From: Chara braunii
Lineage: Eukaryota; Plantae; Charophyceae
Reading direction: 5' to 3'
DNA: 57,620 bases
NCBI GenBank assembly: GCA_003427395.1
Contig: BFEA01000034.1
Location: 575,546-633,165, forward strand
A program made the position numbers and the translations under genes. Shown in pieces: positions 38,441 to 49,826 of this stretch. The notes under the pieces were generated by a model. The model saw nothing but the letters and a program-made list of their open reading frames with translations, searched no databases and was not told the DNA's origin. The first letter of the stretch is position 1. The number at the start of each line of letters is the position of its first letter.

Positions 38441-39453
38441 AGCTGCATGAAGGCCCATATATTCGCCCAATCATTCAAATACCGTGCATGTGCACTGTGT
38501 GCTGCAGCACACACCGTAATCATCCATGTCCACACTTCAGCAACCCAAAATCACTCACTTACCCTGCGCCTCTGCAAACAGAGTACATGGGCAGCTATAG
38601 CAACACCAGCTCTATGTGAGCTCCTCATATACATGCGTGCAATCGTTCCAAATACTGCCGCATTAATGTGCGTTGCCTAATGCAGCACACACACACACAC
38701 ACAATCCATGCATAAAGACGAGTCCCTTCAGACCAAATCACTGCCTTTTCTGCTCTTTTGCAGGCAAGGTCAATGGGAAGCCAGGTCATCGTCAGTGGTG
38801 GTTAAGCGGCAGCTGCCCACATCCCCGTGTGCCTTATCGGCTCAATTGCGCATTATAACAGGAGGAAGACGAAAAGGGTAGGTATGATCCTGTGCACTTC
38901 TCTTCAGATCTTCATACTCCTGTTCATTTCACTTCAGCTTAGACTTCGTGTTTGCGTCCGTCCTTTGTCTTCATAATCCTGTTCATTTCACTTGTGATCT
39001 TCTTATCGCCTGTTATCAATGCTCATTCGTATGTGGTTGCTAGTAGCACAAAAGGGGAGGGTGGAGGGGAGGCTAGTTAAATCTCCAGCGGGTCAGCACA
39101 AAGCGGCATGGAGCATCTTTCTTGGGTTTCCTTAGTATGTATTCCTTCTCTATGACGACAGGGAGGATCAGTCCAAAGCAAGGGTGTTCAGCTGCTGCAG
39201 GATTTGGTCCACAGCAGCTCGCCCCGGTGGTGATAAACTATCAGCACATCACTCTGCAGGTAGTTTATACAGAAGTCCATTTTCCTCCTCGGGCTGCTGT
39301 GTCTGTCAGACGTGTGTGTGTCTGCATGCATCTGCGCACTTTCACATCCAGGTGCATTCAAACAAGTCCCACATTTTGAATGTATCGGGTTGGTTTTGAG
39401 CTTCCAATAAGTGTTAGCAGAGTGCAGCCCTCTCCCCCGTGCCATTTGCATGC

Positions 39454-39457
<4 letters not shown>

Positions 39458-39528
<71 letters not shown>

Positions 39529-39529
39529 N

Positions 39530-39591
<62 letters not shown>
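39458..39591. repeat. (AG)n microsatellite; similar tracts at 32430-32485, 33948-34006, 34957-35020, 37447-37486 and 48378-48406
   Basis: Directly visible. Confidence 0.95.
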
Positions 39592-39596
<5 letters not shown>

Positions 39597-41339
39597 TGAC
39601 ATTTTGGATCCAGACTCAACATTGGACTTCAAACATTTTGACGAGGGATTATGTGGGACTTGTAACGAGACTTGGTGTTAACGACTTTCCCATCTCTCCC
39701 CTCCTCTTCGTCTGATCCCCTCCTCTTCGTTTGTGCATGTCTGGACCTGGCGCCCTCCTCCTGTGTATAGCGCCAGGCCCTTCACACCGTTTGGTGAGAA
39801 TGATTTATGTTTGGTCTGCTTTGCAACATTGATTGGGCTAGTCATTAGTATTCTAGTATTCTGCTGCACTATATTTCACTATGTGATAGAGGTCAGTCCC
39901 GGTCAGGTCAGGATTTGTATCTAAGCCTTCCCTGCGCTATCAAGCACCATTCTGTATGTATCGAGATGCACATTGCTTGTTGAGATTCCACTTGCATTGC
40001 AGTGTCCACTCACATTGCGGATCCTCGGTTATTATGTACATCGCCCATTTGCGCATGTAACATGTACCCTATTCCCATCCTACCAGCTAGCCCCTTCACT
40101 AGAAGGATGCTTGATATCCCACCATCTCTGCTTTTGAAAACCCCACTCACCCTTTTTTGTTTTTTTGACCAAAATCATATGAACAATTCGGAAAACGACT
40201 CAGACACCACCAATCAATCCCTTGTACCCCACTCTGGCAAGGCTTACTGCAGCAGAGCCACCATCTCCGCAGCTGCTATACCCTATTCCCATCCTACCAG
40301 CTAGCCCCTCACTAGTAGGACGCGTGATATCCTTCTCTCACTCGCCTCGATCTCTTTTTTGCGATACCGGGGCCACTACCCGGCTTTGGCTGAGAGAACG
40401 TTTGAGAACACTTACAGTAATTCAGGAAGTATGGAAGTAGACCACAGAGGTCTTGCAAATGCTCCAAAACCCTCGAATTCCCTAGCAAAACCTTACAAAG
40501 TTTTCCAACATTGTCTTACTCCCTGCCGAGCTCTTCCAGGCCTGACACCCCCACATCCTGCTGGGTTACAGGGCAACACAACTCACCCCGGCTCCGACCA
40601 GCGTCGTCCCAGCAGCAACCCTTGATTGTCCCGTGGAATGCCCACCCCAACGCATCCCCAGATCTCTCTACCAGGCCGAATGCTCCTGCATCAGCAGGTT
40701 ACAGGGCAACACCCCAGCACCGACCAGCGTCGTTCTGGCATCGAACAGCCGCAGATCGCTGAGTATTACAACATCGAAGCCACCTAAGACAAGTTGCTAG
40801 GAGTCCCCAGAGTCCTAAAACATTCTTAAGGCCACCAAACAGCCAACATTTTTTTAAGAGCATAATCAAAAAAAAAAAAAAAAAAAAAAAACCCTGTGAA
40901 AAACAGAAAGATGAAAATGAGGAATAGAGCCACCAACAATCCAACTCAGACCCTCGCTGCAGACGAGAAACCGCAGCTCAGGCTTTCAGTCCTCGTACCA
41001 GAAATCGCCAGTTCTCACAGCCCCCTAGCTAGGGTTACAAGGCAACACAAACTGCCCCAGCACCGAACAGTTTTCTGACGGACAGGAAGTGTCTTCCTCC
41101 CTTGACTACTTCCTTAGCTGCAAACCCCCTAGCGGGTTACAGGGTCACCGGCCTGGCATCAACTACATTGAAAGAGGTGGTTATGCCTTCCACTCTCGGC
41201 ATAACTCCAATGGCCTCAAACTCCCCTTGGTCACAGAGCCACTGCAGGACCAAGCTCCTAGTATCATCACCTTTTCCAAAAAGGTCTTAAATTTCGAGGT
41301 TACTGTTAGGAATGCGAACAGGGTAGCAGGTGCAGTATG

Positions 41340-42730
41340 AGGAAAGACGAAATTGCTCCATGCTTCGAAAATGAAGAGGCATCTCCTAAACATTTATGAC
41401 AATGGGACGGAGTTGGATCTCTCGTGCTTCGAACATGGAAATCGCATAGCAGGAAGACAACAGAGAAATAGCTCAAGAGGGAGGAGTAGCCATTGTTTGG
41501 AAGGCTAAGGAATGTTGTGCCTCAAAGGCATCAACACAACGTCAAGGAAAGAGCACTCCCTTACTTCCTCAAAGACGAGGGTTTAAAGATGCACTAAGGG
41601 AGGGGTAGACTAAAAAGGCGCGTACAAAGGGTCTTGGTGAGGCCCTTGCATGCAATGCGGCGAATCAGAACATGGCAAAGGCTGATGCCAAAGGAAACCA
41701 AATGAGCCAGTAGTTGTAGCTTTCGTACGTTCTGTACTGGCAGGAGAGAGGGTCTTGGCAAGGATAGAGATGATTGACCTTTAAATGTTACCCCATAGTC
41801 ATAGTCCAGCCAAGAGACGCTCTGTTGTGGGGACGTGACCGAGTTCTTTAGAAGAGGTGGAAAGAAATTGCCAAAATTAATGCCCTTTTGGGTAATTATG
41901 GCAGAGGGTCCAAAGGCAAGGGCCTTTGACGACATAAAATCGCCTCGCAATCACATCAATCCAGCTTGAGTGAAGAAGATGCGCTTAGTGAACTGGGTGC
42001 ACTCACTAATTAGACCTGGGCGATCAGTGTTGGTGAAGAAGTAGAAGATTGTGTTTAGAGACTGCCTCAACGAAGTTATTTGTAGGTTCTCGTGGCGAGG
42101 TCACATTTAGGCAAAAGTCTTTTCTTGTCAGCGATGAACCACCCTTCGACATGATCCTTCTTTTTTTTTCTTAAACACCTCGAGTTGATGCTAGTGGTGC
42201 TGATAAGAGAGGACATCAATGGCACTTCCGGAGAGGCTCCATCTATTGGTGGGGAGCAGCATCCGCTGGAAAGAGGGTCCAGCATCCCTGAACGTTTGAA
42301 ATTGTTGAATGGGACAGATCTTTCACTGTGATGACAAAAATAAATTAAGAGGCAGCTTTCAACATGATCGTACTTATATATTCGTTGGAAGCGGCTAAGC
42401 AACAAACAGAGAAGACATTGAAAACCTTGTGGCACTGGACTCTAGAGACGGAAATCATCTATGTGAAAAGCTACTCATCTTATGAAATGGAAGATACCTG
42501 TGGGTGGTTATGTGCAAGTATGTTTACGGCTATTTGAGGCAGAACCAAGAGGAAGGTACATGCCTAGTCTTCATATCTCGAAAGGGCCAGGCCTTGTCGA
42601 CCCATGAAGAGATAGTTACATTGTCGTTAAGGATCCAACTTGTAGGAAGAACTGAGTGGCATTGAAAGATAGTCCATGGTATAGAGGTTGTCCCAGCGAG
42701 TGAGACCTCGAAATGTAGGACCTGTAGGAT
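41340..42730 (+). pseudogene. Very decayed retroelement ORF1 (zinc knuckle), possibly followed by the start of a LINE endonuclease
   Basis: About 41647-41690 translates to CMQCGESEHGKG*C, i.e. CX2CX4HX4C with an internal stop. Weak APE-like traces follow (W.RLSNKQR, GRYLWV). Confidence 0.4.
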
Positions 42731-43284
42731 GTCGCCTACGACGCTCCAACCTGAGTAACCTGTGTGGCATGCCTGACACAGTGAAAATTGCTTACGCTGT
42801 GCGGCCTTAAACTACCAGTAAAATGGCTGGTGGTGCCTGCCAAAACGAAAACAAGAATGTCGTGCTGGCATTTTGGCAAAGCCTGGTGCTCGGGGGGAAT
42901 CCGCCTTCCCTTACATGGATTGTCACGTCTGCTTGTCGCTGGATTGCCTAGGAGGGCATAATTCTTGCACGTTTTCCATTTTTTTGTAGAAATGCTTGTA
43001 AACTCCTTGTCTGTTTCCTCCACGTGTCCTTGGCCTCAGGTGGCGTCGTGCTAACTAGTCAATTAGTGATGCTGTCTATTCGGCCATTTGCCCTTTCATG
43101 CACACAGTCCCCTTTATCCCCTTTTCCCATATTGATCCTTAGTTCGACAATCAAAGGTTTTGACAGCTGGGCCCTGCTTGTGCCCCAGGTCCTAAGCCTT
43201 AGGGTTAGGGTAGCATCTGCATATAGATGTTCGGGTTAGACCGGTAAGCGTCGGTGCAGATCATGGCATGTGATCTGAGCATTA

Positions 43285-44480
43285 GCATAGGTCATGATAT
43301 TGTGGTGCCACCTTGAGATGACTCCTAGGGTCCCTACAATCCATCTGATCTCCCAATGGATGAGTACCGAGGCACTCCATGAGGCCTAGCCTCCACCCTC
43401 CACTACACACTGTACCTCACCTCTGCCCGGGTTGTCCTTGACATTAGAGTTATGGTAGTGTCTGCATGAAGACGTTCGCATCAGTACAGTAAGCATTGGT
43501 ACACATCACGACTTGCAATCTGACCATTAGTATAAGTCATGTCATCGTGGTGCCACCTTGAGGTGACTCCCCTCGGGGCCCTAACCACCCATCTGACCTC
43601 CCAATGAATGAGTACCATGGGCACCTCCTGAGGCCTGGCCTCCACCCTCTACTACACCGTGGACAGAGAAAAAAAAGAAGGCCATCAAGGTGGCCAGCTG
43701 CCAATAAGCATTGTCACAGTGTTTGTGCTGAGGAAAGGGGGCCATGGTGCCACGGTTGGTCACGTAAGAGAGTGATGACGAGGCCTAACCAACCAGTGGA
43801 CGAGTTATGAAAGAGGTCATTGTGACACGTTTTTCAAAAAACTTGTACGAGTAGGCTAGAGTGAGTAGGGAAATAGTATAGGTGGGTTCTTTGCACTATT
43901 AGCAAGTGGATGACGCCCGCTTCCGCTATGCGTGATGGAAACCTGCTCCTCTTCCTGACCACACCGCCCCAAAAAAAAGCCATGGCTGAGTGGTATCATG
44001 TTAATTGGGTGATATTATGCGGGCTGGGCGGTATCATGTGGCCGCAGCAGCACTGTGTGGGTTGGTTCATATTTTGCGGACTAGAAGTACTAACACAGCT
44101 TGGTGGCAGTTGCCAATAAGCATTGTCATAGTGTTTGTGCAGAGGAAAGGGCGCCATGGTGCCACGGTTGGTGAGGTAAGAGAGTGATAATGGGCCCTTA
44201 CCAAGCAGTGGATGCCCCACATACTCATAGAGTAGGGAAAGGGTGAGAGGTGGTAGGCTAGAGTGAGTCGAGAAATAGTATAGGTGGGTGGTTTACACCA
44301 TTAAGCAAGTGGATGCCCCCTGCCGCTACATGTAGTGGAGACCTGTTCCTCTTCCTGACCACACCGCCCAGAAAAACAAAACATGGCTGAGCGGTATGAT
44401 GTTATGTGGGTGATATTATGCGGGGTGGGCGGTATCATGTGGCTGCAGCAGCTCTGTGCGGGTTGGTTCATATTATGCGG
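43285..44480. repeat. Two adjacent segmental duplications (43285-43410 vs 43530-43660; 43700-44100 vs 44110-44480)
   Basis: Direct similarity, for example tgccaataagcattgtca..gtgtttgtgc.gaggaaaggg.gccatggtgccacggttggt occurs twice. Confidence 0.85.
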
Positions 44481-44973
44481 ACTGGACGTACTGCGAGGAA
44501 TGAGCCCTCGCAGGGCCCTTGTCGGACATGCGCATGTTCTGGGCAGTGGCCCTCAGCAAGCCCTTTGCCCGCCCTAAGTGAAGGCGGGCCTGATTATTCA
44601 CAAGAGGCCAGAAATTGACGAATTTCCATCTGGGGGTGCTCAGACAGTTGCAGCACGCCAGTTGGTTAGGCAGAAACGTGAGCCTCTCAGCCCTTTCCAG
44701 AAGCATGGGCTACGCTGTACAGTTGACCTGGGTTGTTGTGCCCTGGGCAGACGCATTCTGAGGCAGATACATTACGCAGTGGCCACGGGCCTGCGAGACA
44801 GCAGCATTGTCGACATACTTATCCCGGGAACAGTGCAAATGCAGAAAACAGCCTGGAAATGTTGGTTGTGCTCAACTGTAAAGGGCGCAAGCCCTCAACT
44901 GCGGATTGAGGGTCGCTGCGCCATGTCAGTCCATTCCACTCTGATTTTCCGTGGACTGTCTCTCGGCAGTTCC

Positions 44974-45049
44974 TTTTTTTTTTTTTTTTTTTTTTTTAAC
45001 TGATCACAACAGATACTACACTTGATCATAGCCAAAAGGCCGAGAAAGG
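44974..45049 (-). pseudogene. U2: Retroposed, 3'-truncated U2 snRNA copy with a poly(A) tail
   Basis: The minus strand reads cctttctcggccttttggctatgatcaagtgtagtatctgttgtgatcagtt then (A)24. This is the 5' end of plant-type U2 (stem I, branch-site recognition GUAGUA, start of stem IIa). Imperfect 14-bp TSD: ctctcggcagttcc at 44960-44973 and ctctcggcggtttc at 45051-45064. Confidence 0.92.
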
Positions 45050-45446
45050 CCTCTCGGCGGTTTCTAATGATTATTTTTCGGCCATTTTGGTCGCGTTCGG
45101 GAACGATTGAGTGTATTCTCTCTCCCTCTCCTTTCCCCTCCCTGTCTCTTTCTCTTTCTTTTTCTCTCCCTCTTTCTCATTCGTAAGTCAATGGATGCTT
45201 ATCGCTCTTGTTTTTTGAAATTCGGGTGACTTTGTCAACTCCGGTAACTCGCATGGTAACCACCATAAAGATAGGATTACGGCGGAGTGGCTTCGTATCT
45301 TGCCTACTGTAAGGATCGGTTTTCACCATTTGACCGGGCCTTTCTTTTCTTTTCTTTTCTTTCCTTTCCTTTCTTCTTCTTCTTTTTTTCTCTTCTCTTC
45401 TCTTCTTCCCTCTTCCTTTTCTTTTCCTCTCTTGAACACGGTGACT

Positions 45447-46960
45447 ATGGCTGGGTGAGGGAACTGCTGTACTTGCGGCCTACCGGGGCACTTCTCAAGG
45501 GAGTGCAACCAGCGTCTAGGCTACTCATATGGGCGACCTCCGGCAGCAACGGGAGCCAATGCTCATCCGCTGCTGGCATTGCCAGCACCTGCTACAGTGG
45601 CACCACAGGCGGTGACACCGATTGCCACTACAGCTTATGTGGCGAAGCCAAGAGGGGGCTTCTAGCGAGCCAACCAGGAAACGCTGGATAGATGCAGCGC
45701 TTTCATTAGCCGCATGGAGAAGAAGGAAAAAGAGCAGGAGGAGGAGGTGCAGCGAGTGAAGAAGAAACAAGAAGATGAAGAAACAGCGAATAGGGTGAAG
45801 AAAGAAAGAGAAGAGTTTGAGGCACAGATAGGGCAACAGTTGGAAAATCGACTGACGGTTCTTCAGGAAGCACTCTTGGGAAAAGGCGGCAGCAAAGCAA
45901 AGACTAATGGTGAAAATGACGAACTTAGCAGATTACGAAAGGAGAATAAAGAACTGCGTGCCAAAATTAATAATAAGGGCAAGACAAGTGAGGCAGAGGT
46001 TATTGAGCAGTTGAAGAGAGAGAACGAGGCATTGAGACGAAGCTGAACTGAGGATGAGAACATGGGAAGAGAACTGGCAAGCTTACGAAGGGAGTTGCAC
46101 GAATTTAAGGACAACCGAGCGAGCGTAGGGAAGGAGGAGTTTGTGCGCGAGGTCGAACGTTTGCACGAGGAATTAGAGCTATTTCGCAAAGAAAAGGCTG
46201 AATCAAAGGAGGAAACTAGACAATGGCGTGACCAGGCGCTTCGTCCTGGCAACAAGCGTGGGCCTATTGGGATGTCGACACCTGAGACCAACTACAGGGC
46301 TCGGACAAGGCTGAGGGGGGGGGCTACTCCTGACGAGACGAGGAAAATACGTGATGAGCTTAGAGAGCTGAAGGAGGAGAAGATTGATATGCAACGCTGC
46401 GATCAAGCTGAAGTTGACCTGCTAAAGGAGAAACGGGCAGCTGCCGAATTAAAGCGCATGCAAGCAAAGAATGAAATACTCAGATTACGGGAAGAGATGA
46501 GCAAGCTTTCCACGAAGCAAATGGTGGTTGAAACCCCGAAGGAGAAGGGGACGAATCTGACCAAGCAATTGGATGAAGCTGCTACTGAAGTGCAGAAATC
46601 AAAGAGGGGTAAGGTTAAGGCCACTCCGAGATGTTTTTTGGTAACTGAGGGTAGTGCTAAGAAAGCCAATGACATGTTTGTATTCGTTCAAGATGAGAAG
46701 AACAGATTGAAGGCGTTATAGAAGAAGCGCCTCGAACCGTTGTGTGTAGCAGCCGGCATCAAGCACAAGACTATTGATGCATCTGCGGAGGAGTTGGCGC
46801 AATACAACGCTGACCAAGTGTTGGCGGCCATAGTGAGCCAGATCCAAAGAACGCAGGTGCGGATGAGACCGATGAAGGAGGGGACATCTCTACTACGGAG
46901 GATGGTAAGAGCGCTGACGTCCAGGAAGTTCCATCTGATACTGCTTGATGGGACTTCCCG
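45447..46960 (+). pseudogene. Retroelement ORF1 with an N-terminal CCHC zinc knuckle and a long coiled coil, broken by stops and frameshifts
   Basis: NCCTCGLPGHFSRECN at about 45463-45510, a Pro/Ala linker, then E/K/R-rich ORFs at 45714-46046 and 46062-46721 in one frame with stops. Confidence 0.8.
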
Positions 46961-46963
46961 GAC

Positions 46964-47850
46964 GTGACAAAGCTGTGGGGACTTGCTAAATGGTGTCGAA
47001 ATCAGCGGTCTGAGTCTATTTCCTCTCTGCGCGATGCTAAGCCGAACATGTTTTTCCAGACTATTGTCCTTCTTCTTATCCTATGTGGTGAGATTTCTTG
47101 GGCTACGAAATATAAGTCTCACTTGCTCTTCACTGCGCGGAATGAAGATGATCTCTTCCACTTCTCTGGGCCTCTGTCTATGTAGTGATTTCTCCCTGGA
47201 ATAAACACGCAGTGATTTCTCCCTGGAATAAACACGCTTATGTCGGGTCTACAGGCCGGTCTCTGGACATCAAGTGGAGCGAACATGCCTATACGGCTTG
47301 TGATGAGGGTGTGATCCGGCAAGGAAGATAGAATCATAGGCTATATAACTGGCTCCGGAGGTGTGGGGCGGGCCAATATGTTGCGTTGCCTCTGTTTAGA
47401 TGTCAACAGGATGACCTTCTTGATTGGAGAGATCTGTAATCCACCGTACAAATCCGTACCTGAATAGTAGGGATAGGCCGAGGAAGAAACGTAAATGCAG
47501 GTTGGGTAAACGGGAGAGGTTGAGACGGCAGGGAAGGCGTGCAAGTAATTATAGCAAGAATCGAGGGAAGGATTCCAATCTGTCGGATAAGAGTGTCTGC
47601 TTGGAGTTCGAAACTTCAGAGGGTGCGAAGTTCGCTAGTCTGCAAGAACTTCTGAAAGGATGGCAACAAAAGCGGACGAAGGAATTGACTGTGCATTGTA
47701 AGGGAGGTAAGGAATTTTTGGATAGCTGGAGAGTACTAAAAAGATGCTATGGGTCGTTAGTGATTCAAACCCGTTTTGGGACTGGGCAACTTAAGAAAAA
47801 CAGGGAATGGTTGAAGCCAGGGATAACTGTTGTTTTCTTGTCCGTAGTGT
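46964..47850 (+). pseudogene. ORF2 N-terminus with a GIY-YIG endonuclease (Penelope-like element with N-terminal endonuclease), truncated before any RT
   Basis: Joining frames gives SM(Y)VISPWNKHAYVGSTGRSLDIKWSEH...LYNWL...LERSVIHRTNPYLN, which carries the GIY-YIG motifs YVGxTxR, EH and ExxxIxxxxPxLN. A perfect 27-bp tandem duplication (47184-47237) lies in the first motif. Confidence 0.72.
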
Positions 47851-48015
47851 TTTTTTGTGCAAAGTTGATATGTCTGAAGCCCAAGCTAAGTGAATTTCCA
47901 CACACAAGCACGAACAAACATGATGGACGACCTTCCCAGCTGGCAGATTTCCATGTTGTACCGTTCTGCGTCGTCATTGCAGCTTCTCTGGGTGGACATG
48001 CATGCAGTGCATAAA

Positions 48016-48368
48016 CCAATAGGAAATCTTGCAGTCCAGTTGCCCCTCGCGCTAACTGGCTTCCGCCCCTGTTGCACTACCGAGGCCTATGCGGAACGCC
48101 GCTTTCCTTCCGTGTTGACGGCCGTGGAAGTGTTTTTCAAGCGGGGAAAGGTACTGATGGTTTAAACCACCACTGCCTCCGAGCCTCTTTTGCGAGGCGT
48201 AGTAGAACTGTGAGCCAAGCTCTAGCCGAAGCGCCAGCACGGTGTTTCTTGTTTTCTTTTGGCTGATGCCTCCACCCTTTTTGGTCCAGGAGCTCCCAGC
48301 CTCTGCCAGCCTCCAAAGAATGAGGTCTAGATTATATTTGGGACTTATTCTCCCAGCCTGGTCATTTA
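48016..48368. mobile_element. Head-to-tail junction of two ACCACCAGT-family MITEs sharing one TTAA; outer ends degenerate and approximate
   Basis: ggtactgatggt-TTAA(48162-48165)-accaccactg. The left part tgtttttcaagcggggaaaggtact matches 49796-49826. Confidence 0.55.
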
Positions 48369-48375
48369 ATTAATG

Positions 48376-48406
<31 letters not shown>

Positions 48407-48408
<2 letters not shown>

Positions 48409-49286
48409 TTCTCCAGAGTGCTGCTGCCGAATCCTGAAGACTACTGACTGCCTCCTGCCTACCCGTGAAGTGCATGGGAAGTCCCTATGTACTATCTCGG
48501 CCTGCCTCCTGACTGCCTCTGACTGCCTGCAGTTGCAGGGCGGGCAGTCCAGGAGGCTGCTCTTGCCAATGCCGCACTGAGCCAGGGGCTGCATGCAGTT
48601 GCAGGGCGGGCAGTCCAGGAGGCTGCTCTTGCCAATGCCGCACTGAGCCAGGGGCTGGCGCTGCAGCTGTCGTGGGAACAGGCCAGAAATAGCCTGTTCC
48701 TAAAACCCTGGTTTGGTGCCTGAGTTTCGGAGCAGGTCGGTCTGATGAGGGCCCAAAAATGGCCCTCAGTTTCAGGCTAAAAAGGCTCATGCCGTTTTTA
48801 GTCTGAACTGTAGGCCCCTGTTTCCAGCTTTTCGAGCTGAACAGACACAGGGCCTGTAGGCCCTAAATTTCAGGCTTTCGGCCTGAAATTCAGGCTTTTA
48901 GCCTGAAGGACGCAGGGCCTGGAAAATGGCCCTCGTGTGCAGGCGCAGCATGTAACAGTACAGCAGCAGTGGAGATGGATGGTGGCTCTGCTGCAGTAAG
49001 TCTTGCCGGAGTGAGGTCAAGAGGATGGATGGGGGGGTTCCTGAGTCGTTTTCTGAATTTTGTCTAATTCCGAAGTCTGTCGTAGTAATTTCTAAAGTAG
49101 CCCCATTTTTTCCTTAGCCAAGCCGGGTAATGGCCCCGGATCTCAACTTTCGAAGTCTATGTAAATTTTCATATGGGACGCTGGGCCCGGTTCCCATCAC
49201 ATGCTGCTCCCCACGAATAGATTGGAGCCTTGTTCCCATTATTTAAAAAAAAAAAAAAAAAAAAAAAAACAAACAAACAAAAAAAA
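48407..49286 (+). mobile_element. Second poly(A)-tailed retroposon with the same 3' tail as 10183-13106 but an unrelated body; 5' boundary uncertain
   Basis: 49171-49230 (atatgggacgctgggcccggttccca.cac.tg.tgctccccacgaatagattggagc) matches 13004-13060 and is followed by poly(A). The body has a 66-bp-period tandem duplication (about 48527-48657) and ttcaggc repeats. No TSD found. Confidence 0.6.
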
Positions 49287-49524
49287 GGCTCCTGCAGCTC
49301 ATAGGTTTGTGATCAGACTTGATATCCTCAGGAGGGGGCCGAAAGGGAACTCATCAATCGTATGTCTTAACATCATATCGGACTCCTGACACTTCCATCA
49401 ACTCTACTTTTCTTCATGAAGGACAGTACACTTTTCAACTTGTGAATCTCTAGAAGTTTCAGCTCGCATATGACCATCAATGCTCTCGTCCGATCTCGGA
49501 AGCGCTCAGCAACGAAAGCCTTGA

Positions 49525-49826
49525 ACCACCAGTACCCTGCCCAGCTCTCAATACCGAGCCTACATTCGCCCTGTGCGCCCAAAAAAAAAAATGAAGCGAC
49601 ACAGTCCTGCTTTTGGCTGCACCAGCCCTTTCGGTCCGAAACCCAACCCGGCTATCGATACCGAGCCTACATTCACGCTGTGCGCCAAAAATGAATGAAG
49701 CTACGCGGTCCTGCTTTTGGCTGGCACCACAGTCATTTCCGTCCGGAACCCAACCCCCCCCACACAAAAACGCAACCATAAACAAGCCGCGGCTTTGTTT
49801 TTCAAGTGGGGAAAGGTACTGGTGGT
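49525..49826. mobile_element. MITE of the ACCACCAGT-terminus family with an internal ~107-bp duplication
   Basis: ttga-accaccagtacc ... ggtactggtggt-ttaa. Confidence 0.8.

Noticed and set aside
44974-45049. Functional U2 gene, or target site of a U2-specific retrotransposon (Utopia/Keno type)
   Set aside because: Only about 52 nt are present, with no Sm site or 3' stems. The poly(A) and TSD flank the U2 piece itself, and the rest of U2 is not found in the window.
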